The position numbers and the translations under genes are program-made. The notes under the pieces were generated by a model. The model made no database searches and was not told the DNA's origin. It was given only the letters and a program-made list of their open reading frames with translations. From the NCBI GenBank assembly GCA_001244265.2, contig CDLV01000010.1:1240001-1304000 (forward strand): DNA of 64,000 nucleotides, given 5' to 3'. Origin of the DNA: Microbotryum violaceum (Eukaryota). This document shows, one piece after another, positions 37,201-48,221 of this stretch (position 1 is its first letter; each line of letters begins with the position of its first letter).

Positions 37201-40200
37201 GCACACAAGCCAAATTCCGTCCGGTCAAAATCGGAATGCTGACACAGGATCTTGCCACGCTCTTCCGTGACGCTATCGAGCGGGCCGGGCTCCGCTATGT
37301 GATCGAATGTGACGACGATCGACACGACCTCTTGCCCATCTATCTCGCCTCGGATCTGTGGGAGAAAGTGTGCTACAACTTGATCGGAAACGCACTCAAG
37401 TACTGTCGCAGCGGTTCAATCGAAGTGCGGTTGAAGATAACAGTCGCGGAAGCGGTGCTCTCTGTCAAGGATACAGGTGTCGGAATCCCCTCTGAAGAGC
37501 TGTCGAGCATTTTCGAGCGATTCCATAGAGTCGAAGGGACCGCTCGAACGAGCAGCGGGACCGGTATCGGACTCGCTCTGACGCTCGAGATCGTGAAGCT
37601 GCTGGGTGGACTCGTCGAAGTAGAAAGTGAGCTGGGTGTAGGCTCTACCTTCTAGTGAGTTGCGCAGGTCGAGAGCATTCCCAAAGGAGGAGTATGCTGA
37701 CAAAACTCTTCCACAGCGTGCGCATCCCGAGGGGATTCACTCACCTTGCACGGGACCAGGTCATTCACGAGCCGGAGGAGATCTCGACGGTTCCGATCCC
37801 GCAAGGTCGCAGTCTCGGCGCGATCGACGATGCTGCATCTTGGCATACTCAAGAGGAATCGAGCGGCAACTCGAGTTCTGGTGGCTCAGCCTCGGGAAGC
37901 TTCACCGGAAGCAAGGAGATGTCTCTGGACAACGAATTCGCCGACACCGCAAGGCTGCTCAACCTCGCGAACAAGACCGTCTTACTAGCGGATGATTCCG
38001 TGGATCTGCGCATCTATATCAGCTCCATTCTTTCCAAGACGTTCAATGTCGTCCAGGTCGCGGATGGTCAGGCTGCATTGGACCATGTACTGAAGCACCC
38101 GCCATCTCTGCTCATTGTAAGTTTCGCGAGCGGCGTCGTCTCTGGTGTGGACAGTTCGCTGAGGCCTTCTCGATGCAGACGGACCAAATGATGCCTCGTC
38201 TGACTGGAAATGAGCTCGTGGCCGCCGTCCGGGCCAACCCGGCTACCAGCCTCATTCCGATCATCATGCTCAGTGCGCAGGCCGGCACTGAAGCGCGAGC
38301 TGAAGCACTCGAGCGCGGGTGCGACGATTATCTGGTCAAACCCTTTCAAGCCCGCGAACTGCTCGCTCGTGTCAACGTGCACATGCAACTCGGTCTATTG
38401 CGCGTGGAACTGGAGAAGCGAGGTTTATTGGATTAAACTTTCGCTCATCCTTCTCTTACTGACTCTAACTTACTGTCTTATTTCTTCAGTCCAAGAGCGC
38501 ACACGGGCGTTGATAGATTCCGAAACGCGGAACCGGGCTTTGGCCGAGAAGTTCCTAACCTTGTCCACCGTCTCGCCTGTTGGCATCATGCAAGCCGATG
38601 CCGAGGGTCACATTATCTACGCAAACCCGCGCTGGTTCGAAATGACGGGCTATCCTGTCGACCGCCTAGTCACGAACGCATGGACGGAGTGCTTAGAAGA
38701 CTCGCGTGAGCTAAACGAAGCGTGGCAGGCCGCTGTTATGGCTGGTCACTCGAGCGAGATCATTGACTTCAAGGCGTTCGAGATTGGCACCAAGACGGGT
38801 CAAACAATGCTCTTTGAGGTAGGCCACATAAGCCAGTATCTCGACTCGGGTTTCGTCGACATTGACATATTTATCGGTTATGCTGTCACAGATTCGAGCA
38901 TTCTCTGGCGCCAAGGACGGCTTTGTGGCTGTCTTGACAGACATCACACGGCAAAAGATGATCGAGCGCGAGCACTTGCAGATCGTTGAGCAACGCGCCG
39001 CCGACGCTGAAGAGAACAGGCGCAACACCGAGATGTTCCTGGACTTGAGCTCGCACGAGATGAGAAACCCTTTGTCCGGCGTGTGGCAAAACGCCCAAGT
39101 GCTCAGCGGATCGCTGGAACAAATTTCGGGCGTCATCGACGATCTGTGTGCCGGTCGAACCCCTCCTCAGGCCATCCTCGAGCATGTGCGACGGGAGATG
39201 CAAGAGAATGCCGACGCTGTAGATTCGATTATCCTTTGCGCGAGTCATCAGGGTCGCATCGCCGACGACATTCTCAACGTTTCCAAGCTCAACATGGGCC
39301 TCTTGTCGATTAACCCGGTGCCCTTTGATTTGACGCTTCGTATGGGCGAGGTTTTGCGCATGTTCGAGATGGAATGCTCCCAAAAGGGAATTTCTCTGCG
39401 CATGGACGTGGACGAGTCGATTGCGAAGCTGCGCGCATCATGGATCGAAGCCGACCCGTCGCGACTGTCGCAGATTCTCCTCAACCTCGTTTCCAACTCG
39501 GTCAAGTACACTTCCGACACTCCGGAACGTCGGATCGTGGTTCACCTCAACGCGTACGACACCCGGCCCCCCACGCGGCGCAATGCCCTGCGCGTGTCCG
39601 AGCCCTCCCTGGACCTCGTTCCCCCCCACAACGTATGGATCGTGGTCGGTGTCGAGGACACAGGCAAGGGTCTCTCGCAAGAGGAAATGAAGCGCCTCTT
39701 TGCTAGATTCCAGCAGGTCAACCCTCGTAGTGATCAGTACGGTGGTTCGGGCCTGGGGTTGTTCATCTCGAGCGAACTTGTGGCTTTGCACTCGGGCTAC
39801 ATCGAAGTGGAATCTGTTCCAGGTCAAGTAAGTCCCTTCTCAAGTCTTGCCTACCCCGGCCCTCTCGTCGCGTCGTGTGCTGACCCCGTCGTATCTGTCT
39901 TGCACACTTAAGGGATCTATGTTCCGATTCGCGATTCCAGCAGGTACTTCACAGCCACCCGTGACCGTTGACGCGCTCCTGCCGCCTGTGCCTCTGACCA
40001 CCGTTGCCATGATGGCGCCGCCTCAACGGACGAAACGGGCAGCACCGTCCCGATCGCCTCTCAATGGCGACCAGAATAACTCTCACAAAGTGGCCAGGCT
40101 AGGGAAATCGGCGGAAGAGGGAGAGCTGCCCAAACGAATTCTTGTTGTGGAAGACAATCTCATCAACCAGAAAGTCATGACACGGCAGCTTAAACTCGCT

Positions 40201-40713
40201 GGCTACGGGGTCACGGTTGCCAACCACGGACGTGAGGCTCTCGACATCTTGCTTGCGGAAACTACTCGTACGAACCACCACGAACAAGGGCCGATAGTGA
40301 TGGTTCTGATGGACATAGGTCAGTTCCTCCGTGCACCTCCCTTCGTCCGATTGATTGGCGCTGTACTTACTTGCTACCTTGATCATTGTTCGTCTCTGTT
40401 CAGAAATGCCTGTGATGGGAGGACTGGAGGCCATCCGGCTTTTGCGTGAACTGGAGAAAAGTGGTCAAATCCCAACACGTTACGTGAGTACCAGTAATCG
40501 ATCGTGATCTCCACAAAGGTGGTAGTCAAGAGGGATTTAGCGGAACTCGTAGCTGATACTCTGCTGCTCCGACAGAATGTCGTGGCTGTGACCGGGAATG
40601 GCCGGCCGACTCAGACGGACGAGTACAGCAGAGTCGGATTCGACTCATGGGCTGTCAAGCCTTACATCTTTGCCGACTTGTTGGTTCAGATCAAGAGCTA
40701 TGTGGGAGCCTGA
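34256..40713 (+). CDS. Dual-module hybrid histidine kinase 2, paralog of HK1; multi-exon
   Basis: DWSSTSIGP..SWP sensor motif; H-boxes SHELRTPL and SHEMRNPL; NLIGNALKY and NLVSNSVKY; receiver motifs TDQMMP and MDI/EMP; ends VKPYIFADLLVQIKSYVGA*. Start codon tentative. Confidence 0.92.
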
Positions 40714-40860
40714 TATGCTGGTGCGCGACGCACGCCAATGTCAATCCTATCTACTCCATTTGGTGTGTGATCTCTCTTGTATCGCATAGTGCTCCTTTTC
40801 ATGTTATAGTAGTCGCTCTCATGTAGAATATCGTATGATCTCGCTGTTATGAAGCGCATA

Positions 40861-41223
40861 ATGCGACCTTAGATGTCCGTCCTGGCTCAAATTCAAGTTC
40901 TAACTCATAGGGAGTAGAATGGCAAGTGACGCGTACTAATTCTCTCTTGTTTCCTCCCATCACCCCTGTCAATTCTCCCTTGCAGGAGACGCACTCCCCC
41001 CTTTCCCCTCCCTCCTCTCTCCTCCCCTCCCCTTTTTGATGTCTGTAGCTCAGAATTTCACCTCTCCCTTGGGTCTGTATACATTGTCGTACAGGTGTCC
41101 AGATAAATTGCTGTGTGGATGATAGGTTGTACATAACTTTGCAGATGATTTGACCTTTGGTCATGTATAGACGAGACTGTTGTTCTCTGCAAACCTACTG
41201 GCGGAGGTCGACAACATCACTTG
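40861..41223 (+). repeat. Diverged direct copy of HK1 last exon, 3' flank and first part of the inverted-repeat arm (source 32715-33141)
   Basis: TCCGTCCTGGCYCAAATTCAAGTTCTAAC...GGAGTAGAATGGCAAGTGACGCGTACTA...TGTGTGGATGATAGGTTGTACAT is shared; followed by A26 at 41230-41255. Confidence 0.9.
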
Positions 41224-43267
41224 CATAGCAAAAAAAAAAAAAAAAAAAAAAAAAACGCAGAACAACTCGGCGTTGAAACTAAAACCAAGGGAGTCCGCAT
41301 CCCCTGTTTACTCGTTGTCCATCCGTACCGACCAACCATGCATCGAAGAAATCGCTACGTGCTCCTATGCAGCGTCCTCTTCAGACTGCACGTTGTCGGT
41401 CTTTTACGTCCTACTCGTGTCTGATGCATGCTGATACATCCTCAATCCTATAGACCCGTTTTTTGGGATACCCACCTCCCCCTTGCTTCAAGCTTCAAGC
41501 ACGCCCTTGACGCTTCACTCTTGACCCTCGCAGCCCCTATTAGGAGCAGGGCGAGGACCACCATCCACGAAAAGTGGTCAGCGGGTCAGTAGGCGGTCAA
41601 CTCAACTCTTCTTGAAGACTTCAATTTCTTTCCGTAATCGATGCATCTATTCGAAGAGTAGACCGCAAGCAAAACATCGAGGGCAAGATCGTTCGACCAG
41701 GCGCTCTGGTTTGCGCGTCACGGGCGAGGCGGGCGATATGAAGAGGAGGCGACAGAGTGAAAATACCTGTGACATGGCGGGAACGTGCCACTTGGGCCAA
41801 GTGACTCAATTGAAGGGCACGCAGCCCGAGCAATCAAAACATACTTGAAGGAATGGAAGAAGCTCGTGCGCGCCTGGTCGGGTTTTGGACCATAGTCCGG
41901 GCGAGTTTTGTAGCCAACTAAACACCGGCTCGAGCCTCCTGCTTGCTGGGCATCGAGTAATGTTGCCTGTTCGTGCCGGTCATGCCAATCATGGGCCCCA
42001 ACTGCCGTGTAGTGGGTCGAGATGGGTTTGAATGTCCAGCTCGGCTATCCGACGAGCGCGGCTCCGTCTCATTTTAACAGGCCACTGAAGTGGGAGTGTG
42101 GGGGTGGGCATGCCGGCCCAGGCTCGTCCTCGTCGTCACTGAATCGCCCAAACACGTAGGAGCTGGAACGCCTTTCTGTCAAGTTTTCGGGAAATGAAAT
42201 TTCGCGTTGCCCGGTAAGACTCCTGGGAACGCGCTGAGGAAGTGCACGGCGGGCCTTTCCAAAGGCGGGCCGAATGGTTTAACTCTCGACACCGTATCTC
42301 TGCAGTGTCGGAGGATCGAACGAGTTTCTGACTTATTATGGGGACCGCGGGCTCACTGGGGTCGCTTATTGTATGTAGATGACGTTGCTAATGGGGGAAC
42401 AACTACATTGAGTAGCGCGAGTGTGTCATGATCACTGCTGCAGCTCTGGATAATCCGTCTCAGCGAAAAACCGATCTGCTTTAATATGCTCAGCTCGCCT
42501 TGGAAAAGTGGAAGTGCAGAATGTTAATAGAGCTCCGTTTTCCATAGAAGTGATCATACCTGCTGGGCCTCGGACAGTGTTTGACTGCCAAAGACGATCG
42601 TCTCCTATGCCTGCAGACCGCTCGGAATTCTGGCTCGATTCCGCGTTTCTGAGACTCAAGGGATCGTCCGGAAAACGAGACTGCTTCAAGAAAAAGGAAA
42701 AAGGTAGTATAGATATTATTAAACTATCAGTGAAAGTTGGGATCACTCGCAGTGCAGGCGGGTCCGAGGTGCAGGGTCTCGTCGCCGCCCCGCGGTGCAT
42801 GCGTTAATCGAAGGCTGATCCGGAGAAATTCGAAAAAGAATTGAATGGGGTTAGCAAAGATAATTTTACCCAGGCCAAAGCTCAACAAAGGAAGCATATA
42901 CAATGAACGCCTCTGGCTCTAGTGAGCTACCAGATTAGTGAACTAGGGGCCGCCTAGTACACCGCCGAACGGCGATCAAATTTATAAGCAGCTGAAGTAC
43001 CCTACTTCTTAAGAATATGGCATAGCCTTAGGAGTACCTAGATTCTTCCATTTCATGATGACTCTTAGCCCTATAAGCTGGATTGCGGCGGCGTTGAAAC
43101 GAGGTCGGGCCAGCCCGAATAACGCACAAGCTGCTGCAAGAGCCTAGTGACGATAACGACCACGGAATCAATTGCAGCGCTCTTTGCTCCGAGGTGATCC
43201 CAAATGCTCAAATTTTCTACTGGGAATCGAAACAGCTCGATCAAGACAGTATTCGTGCCGTATTATG

Positions 43268-43888
43268 CAAGGATCCGCATTAGATCAGATCACCGTCAGT
43301 TCAGATCAGATCAGATCTGGATTTTTCTGATTCTGCCTTGATTGATCTGATCTTGATCTGATCTGAGCAGATCAATTTGATCTGAGACATGAAATTGCCT
43401 AATTTGACACATAAAGACTTCTACATGTCTAAATGTTGACATCCTCATCCTCTTCCTCCACCCTCATCCTCATCATCCTCCAAAGTGATCACCTTGCTAA
43501 GCCGCCGCTTTTTGGAGGAGCTCCCCGCTTCTATTACTGGAGCGGGTCGCATGATCCCTATGAGAAAGTGTTTGCAATGAGTCAGCACCTGACACTGCAA
43601 CGAAGGGCCATCAGAGGAGGACCACACCCTGTAGTATTTCTGTGGCGCGGGGCTGACACTCAATGCGGCGGCGATGCCAGATGGCAGATGGCGCGCTCCT
43701 TTCTCTCTCATGCAGTGATCAGGTGCGCCGCAGTTGGCATTTCAAACACACACCATCTAGGTGCCGCCTACTTTTGATTTTTTCTTTCTCGAGGCTGGAT
43801 TGATGTGAGCTTGATCTGACCCCCGTCAGATCTGATCTGATCTGATCTAAACAGTTTCAGATCTGATCTGATCTAATGCGGACCCTTG
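43268..43888. mobile_element. Non-autonomous hAT-like TIR element, 621 bp, with (A)GATC subterminal arrays
   Basis: CAAGGATCCGCATTAGATCAGATCA on the left versus reverse complement CAAGGGTCCGCATTAGATCAGATCA on the right. Flanks GCCGTAT(TAT)G and GCCGTATG form an imperfect 8-bp TSD. Confidence 0.8.
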
Positions 43889-44629
43889 GCCGTATGAGGG
43901 GTGGCACGTTGGACTTGAAGTGTGCACGGTCCCCTGTTTGCAAAATGCGTCGTATTCGCACGCGGCGCCGACGGGGGCAGGGGGCAGGTGGACGCTCAAG
44001 CGCTCAATGTCAGGTATGCGCCTCTGATGGCATAAAATACAATCTGTCGTTCTTGACCGCTAGGTTTAAAGCAAGTCGTAACTAGAACTCGACAGTTCTA
44101 GCTAGGCTACTTATGGGCCTGTTCCTGTAGTAAGGCATCCCCTTAGTACACTCAAGCTCTGCTTGGGTTCTGTTGGTTCGAATAGTTTTCTTTGATCGAG
44201 GTAAATCGCATCGCACCTAACAGTGCAGGTAGCATTCAAGAAGCTTCCCCGCCATCGGATGTTGAAATCTGTAGGCGCACAGTGCGCACCTCAATCTGAA
44301 ACTGAACAAACCCCTGAGGTACCCGTGTCTTCCAATCAGGCGCCTGTCTTACCTGCCAGCTGACTCGAGCGGGTTCGTTCCTCCCAGAGAACGATGCGTG
44401 CCTCTGCTCACCCGGTCGTTCCAATAGCGTTTAACTTCTTCCTCTCACTACTCTGTGTTTTTGGACGTGAGCTGTCTGTCACCCTTTGCGGGCCAACGGA
44501 TCTATGAACTGACCCCCCTTCTCTACGACAGGCTGCGCCTAAATCTCAACCGCCGCATTCGCTCCTCTCACAGTTCTAACGAACTTCCCCTCTCAATTAC
44601 GACACATCGTGTGTATATCTTGGTTACCG

Positions 44630-45604
44630 ATGAGATTCCTCACTTCTCAAATTACGCTGTGCTTGTTGGTTCTGGTCACCTCAACGCTAGCGTTCCACGT
44701 CGCCAACTTGTTTCCCGACTTGAGTGTCGACGCTCATCGAACGGTCCCTTCATCGAACCGAAGGCATCACCGCTGCCTCGCACATTCCGTGAGGCATAAT
44801 CACCACAAGAAGTGCAGACATTCTAGAAAAACTGGGCTCAAACATTTCGATCAAGAAAAATCGGCCCACACGCATGGCCATCTAGCCCACCGCAACCGTC
44901 GCAAGAAACCGGCCATCAAGAGGCTCGGCAAGAAACGGCCTGTTTCTCATGTGGACCCTAATCATAAGCGACCCGAGCATGACCAAAGCAATCCACCCAC
45001 CATTCTGACCGGACCCACTTTGCAGCAACCAGAACCATCCGGAGTTCATGTGTCCAAAACACCGGCCGGCAAGACGGCCCCTGAACGACAAATACCCGAC
45101 GGGAAGGACCAGGTCTCAGAAATCCAAGCGCTCGCTCTCGAGGAGATCAATGCCTTCCGTGCCCTTCACAACGCACCTCCTCTTCAAACCTCCCCCGAAC
45201 TCGTGCAGAACGCAGTGGTGTGGACTTCGAAATGCCACTACGGACACACTCGCGGCGCCTTCACGGGAGAATACGGCGAGATCATCGCCCGGACCTCGGG
45301 GTCGTGGGGTAACAACATGTCGAAAGCGATCGAGCTCTGGACGGTGGACGAGGAGAATGATTTCAATCCTAGAAAACCACAGACCACCCATTTCACTCAG
45401 GCCGTATGGAAGAGCTCGAGACTTTTGGGATGTGCTTCGAGCGATAAGTGTAATGACCCAGCGGACAACTCGACGACCGTTACTGGTGACGACATCCCCC
45501 CGGATGAGCATAACAGCGTCTTGTACATTTGCCGATTCCTGCCGGCGGGGAACCTCAATGACAAAGATGTAGATATCATCATGCTCAAGGGTTTTGCAGA
45601 CTAG
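44630..45604 (+). CDS. Secreted CAP/PR-1 (SCP) domain protein with His/Lys/Arg-rich N-terminal region; intronless
   Basis: Signal peptide MRFLTSQITLCLLVLVTSTLA; INAFRALHNAPPL, CHYGHT, YGEII, HFTQAVWKSS..LGCA, ICRFLPAGN. Confidence 0.9.
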   Translation: MRFLTSQITLCLLVLVTSTLAFHVANLFPDLSVDAHRTVPSSNRRHHRCLAHSVRHNHHKKCRHSRKTGLKHFDQEKSAHTHGHLAHRNRRKKPAIKRLGKKRPVSHVDPNHKRPEHDQSNPPTILTGPTLQQPEPSGVHVSKTPAGKTAPERQIPDGKDQVSEIQALALEEINAFRALHNAPPLQTSPELVQNAVVWTSKCHYGHTRGAFTGEYGEIIARTSGSWGNNMSKAIELWTVDEENDFNPRKPQTTHFTQAVWKSSRLLGCASSDKCNDPADNSTTVTGDDIPPDEHNSVLYICRFLPAGNLNDKDVDIIMLKGFAD

Positions 45605-46203
45605 CCCTGAGTCCGAATTGTATTAACGGACGCTCACCAACGATTTTTTATTCAATTTGACAGACCATCAATGCCAACGTCCAGCCCGCGAAGAGCCCTC
45701 ATCACCAATAGCTGCCACAGTGTGATGTCCGTGCCCCTCGTCTTCATTTCTCTCCCCTTTGAGTTATCTTATGGGTCTGGCACCCGAGCTTCATGTTCTT
45801 ACGCTTCTGCAACGAATGCCAGAGCATCATTCATCGAAACTGCAAAGTGTGGGAACTTGAGAGGGCGAGTCGATGTTTTTATCTTTCGGGAAAGGGTAGC
45901 TACACAGTGCCAGGTAAACCGAGAGGAAGGGCACAGGTGGAAGAGCATCAGAGAGGAAACGGCGATCATGGGACGAAAGTGTTGCTATGATATGGGGTGG
46001 ACAAAGATGAGGAACATGAGGACGAGAGTCTCAGGGGAAACAAGGACAAGGTCATATGGGACAATGATCTGGAAGACGCCGAAACAAGTCGGGTTGACGC
46101 TGGTCTACCGAACGACGGTAACGCCTAGCAGCTTCGATGCTTTGTTCATGTTGCCTTGCGATCCGGCCCATGCTCCTGTACTCCCACCATCATCATCTCC
46201 ATC

Positions 46204-48221
46204 CTAGTCATCATTGCCAAGCGAGAACGGCTTCTTCGCAGATGAGTTCCACCCAGTCGGGACCTCGGCACGATCGTGGTAAATAGGAAGGATGCTAGGC
46301 CCGTCCGTCCCAGCCGTCCCAGCCAAACTCGAGATCCTCTGACTCCTTCCCGCACTCCCACTTTCCCCCGCACCGCCCGGCGCCGATCCTCTTCTCGACC
46401 ATTCTGCACTTCTTCTTCTCACTTCTGCTCCTTCGACAACCTCCTCTTCGGCCGGTTCATCAACCGCGGCTTGCTCGAGGTCCTGTTTGTAGTATCGCTT
46501 CATCGCGACGGGAACGAGTACGGCGACGATGATTCCTCCTAGACCTAAACCGTTTTGCCAAGAGATGAGATGGAAGTCGGAAGAGGAGGTCATTTGGTCC
46601 AGCGTCGTACCGATCGTGACGTGGATGTACGAAACGCCCATGATGCCGAAGAAAGTCGAAATCCAGAACTTGTAGACCGAGATGCCCAAATGCGGCGCCA
46701 CGACATTGACAACCCAGTGGGGGGGCAGGGGTGCGATGCTGGGAGGGGGGCAGAGTGCGTCCAGTCAGTGGTGCGCCTAAGGCTTTCCGAGAGGAGAGCC
46801 AATACAGCTCAAACTTACCGGAGCACAATGAGGTAAGAGATGAGGTTGTCGTTGTGCTTAGACACGCGGGCGGTCCAAGCGTCGACCCTGCGTTGCCACT
46901 TTTCGGAATTGAGCAAGACCGCGGGCCCTAGAGCTTGCGAGATGAAGTAACACAGCAACGCGCCCGTAGCGACGCACTGCGGGAGGAAATGGCGGGAGGA
47001 TCTGCAGCGGAGTTAGCAAGGTGAACTTGACGAGCTGGAGGGAAGAGCGCATAGCGGGCGAACTGACAAAACAAACTAAGGGCAAGGCCATGAGACCGTA
47101 CAGTGCGCCACCTAGGATCGAAAGATACATGCTACCCGGAATGGAAAACGCTTGTAGGCTATGATGCGGAGCGAATCGGGTGTGTCAGAGAACTTGCAGG
47201 ACGTTGTGGGGCTTATCCGTTCGAAGGAGGGACTCACAACATGTAAACAGTGACGTAGCAACCCAACACTCGGTTGTAGTGCCGTTCCTTGTAGATCTAG
47301 CGATAGCGAAACAACTCGTTGTTCAGCACAGGTACATAGATTGCATTGCGAGACGCGGGCACGCACCTGGAGTACGACATTGAGCGCCTTGAGATCGTCA
47401 AAGCTTTTCGGCAGCTTGACCGCGCTCTTGTGCTCCTCGTCGATCGGCGGAAGCATCGTCTTGAGCAACACATAGAGTGCGACGAGCGAGCACAGGAAGA
47501 GTGCACCGGTCTTGAGCCCGGCGTGCAACATGGGCCGTCGTTCAGCAAACGAGGCGCCCCCGAGATGCAACGAGGACGGGATCGAGCGCAAAGACGAATC
47601 GGAGCGTTGCCTCGACAGCAAAGGTCGGTTCGCTTGTTTGTTGACCTCCTCTGCGCGTGGGAGTACCGTCTTCTTCGGAGCGGGTCGTACGTGGTCCGAG
47701 GACGAGGGCGGCAAGGGTACACCTCCGAACGTCGACGCTCGCGGACGAGAGTGGGCGTCTGAACTCGCCCCAGAGCCGGAGCCGGACTGGTCCTTGCTCG
47801 CGGATGACGCGAGGTCGATGACGAATTTCGGGTTATCTCTCTTGTACGGGTCCACATCGTCGCGAGCGGAGTGGTCGTACCCGTTGGCGTCGTCGTCGTC
47901 GTCGTCGTCGCTGCTCGTGGCCGGAGTCTTGGGGCCCCGGATCGTCCGGAGCGTGTGCTGACTCGTACTGAGCTGCAACGGACTGCCCCTGCCATGCTCG
48001 GGGGAGGCACTCCATCGACCCAACTTGTCGGCGACCACGTTCGATTCGAGCGGTTTGTTCAAAGCCACGTTGCTGCCGTTCGTGCCAGTGAGCGAGCGAC
48101 TTGACGTGGAAGCGCCAGTGATCGACAGCGGCGTAGCGGCGACATGGATGGGCTCGCGTGACGCGGACGAGACCGTCGACGAGCGCGAGCGGGTCGTCCT
48201 CGGGGCTGCGTAGCTGCTCAT
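46204..48221 (-). CDS. TMEM41/Tvp38 (SNARE-associated Golgi protein, VTT/DedA domain) with disordered N-terminus; multi-exon
   Basis: LPKSFDDLKALN..L, AFSIPGSMYLSILGGALYG, CVATGALLCY, APLPPHWVVNVVAPHLGI, IGTTLDQM. Confidence 0.88.

Noticed and set aside
37653..37655. Apparent premature stop in HK2
   Set aside because: TA|GTGAGT is a splice donor; splicing to CAG|CGTG restores FYVRIPRG.
25533..40713. Bacterial contamination or a bacterial two-component operon
   Set aside because: Both genes have multiple spliceosomal introns and fungal neighbours.
40861..41255. Processed retrocopy of HK1 mRNA, suggested by the A26 tract
   Set aside because: The copy starts with ATGCGACCTT from HK1's last intron and no TSD is visible, which favours DNA-level duplication; not fully excluded.
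43277..43880. CRISPR-like array in the GATCT repeats
   Set aside because: No constant repeat with unique spacers; these are TE subterminal pentamers in a eukaryote.
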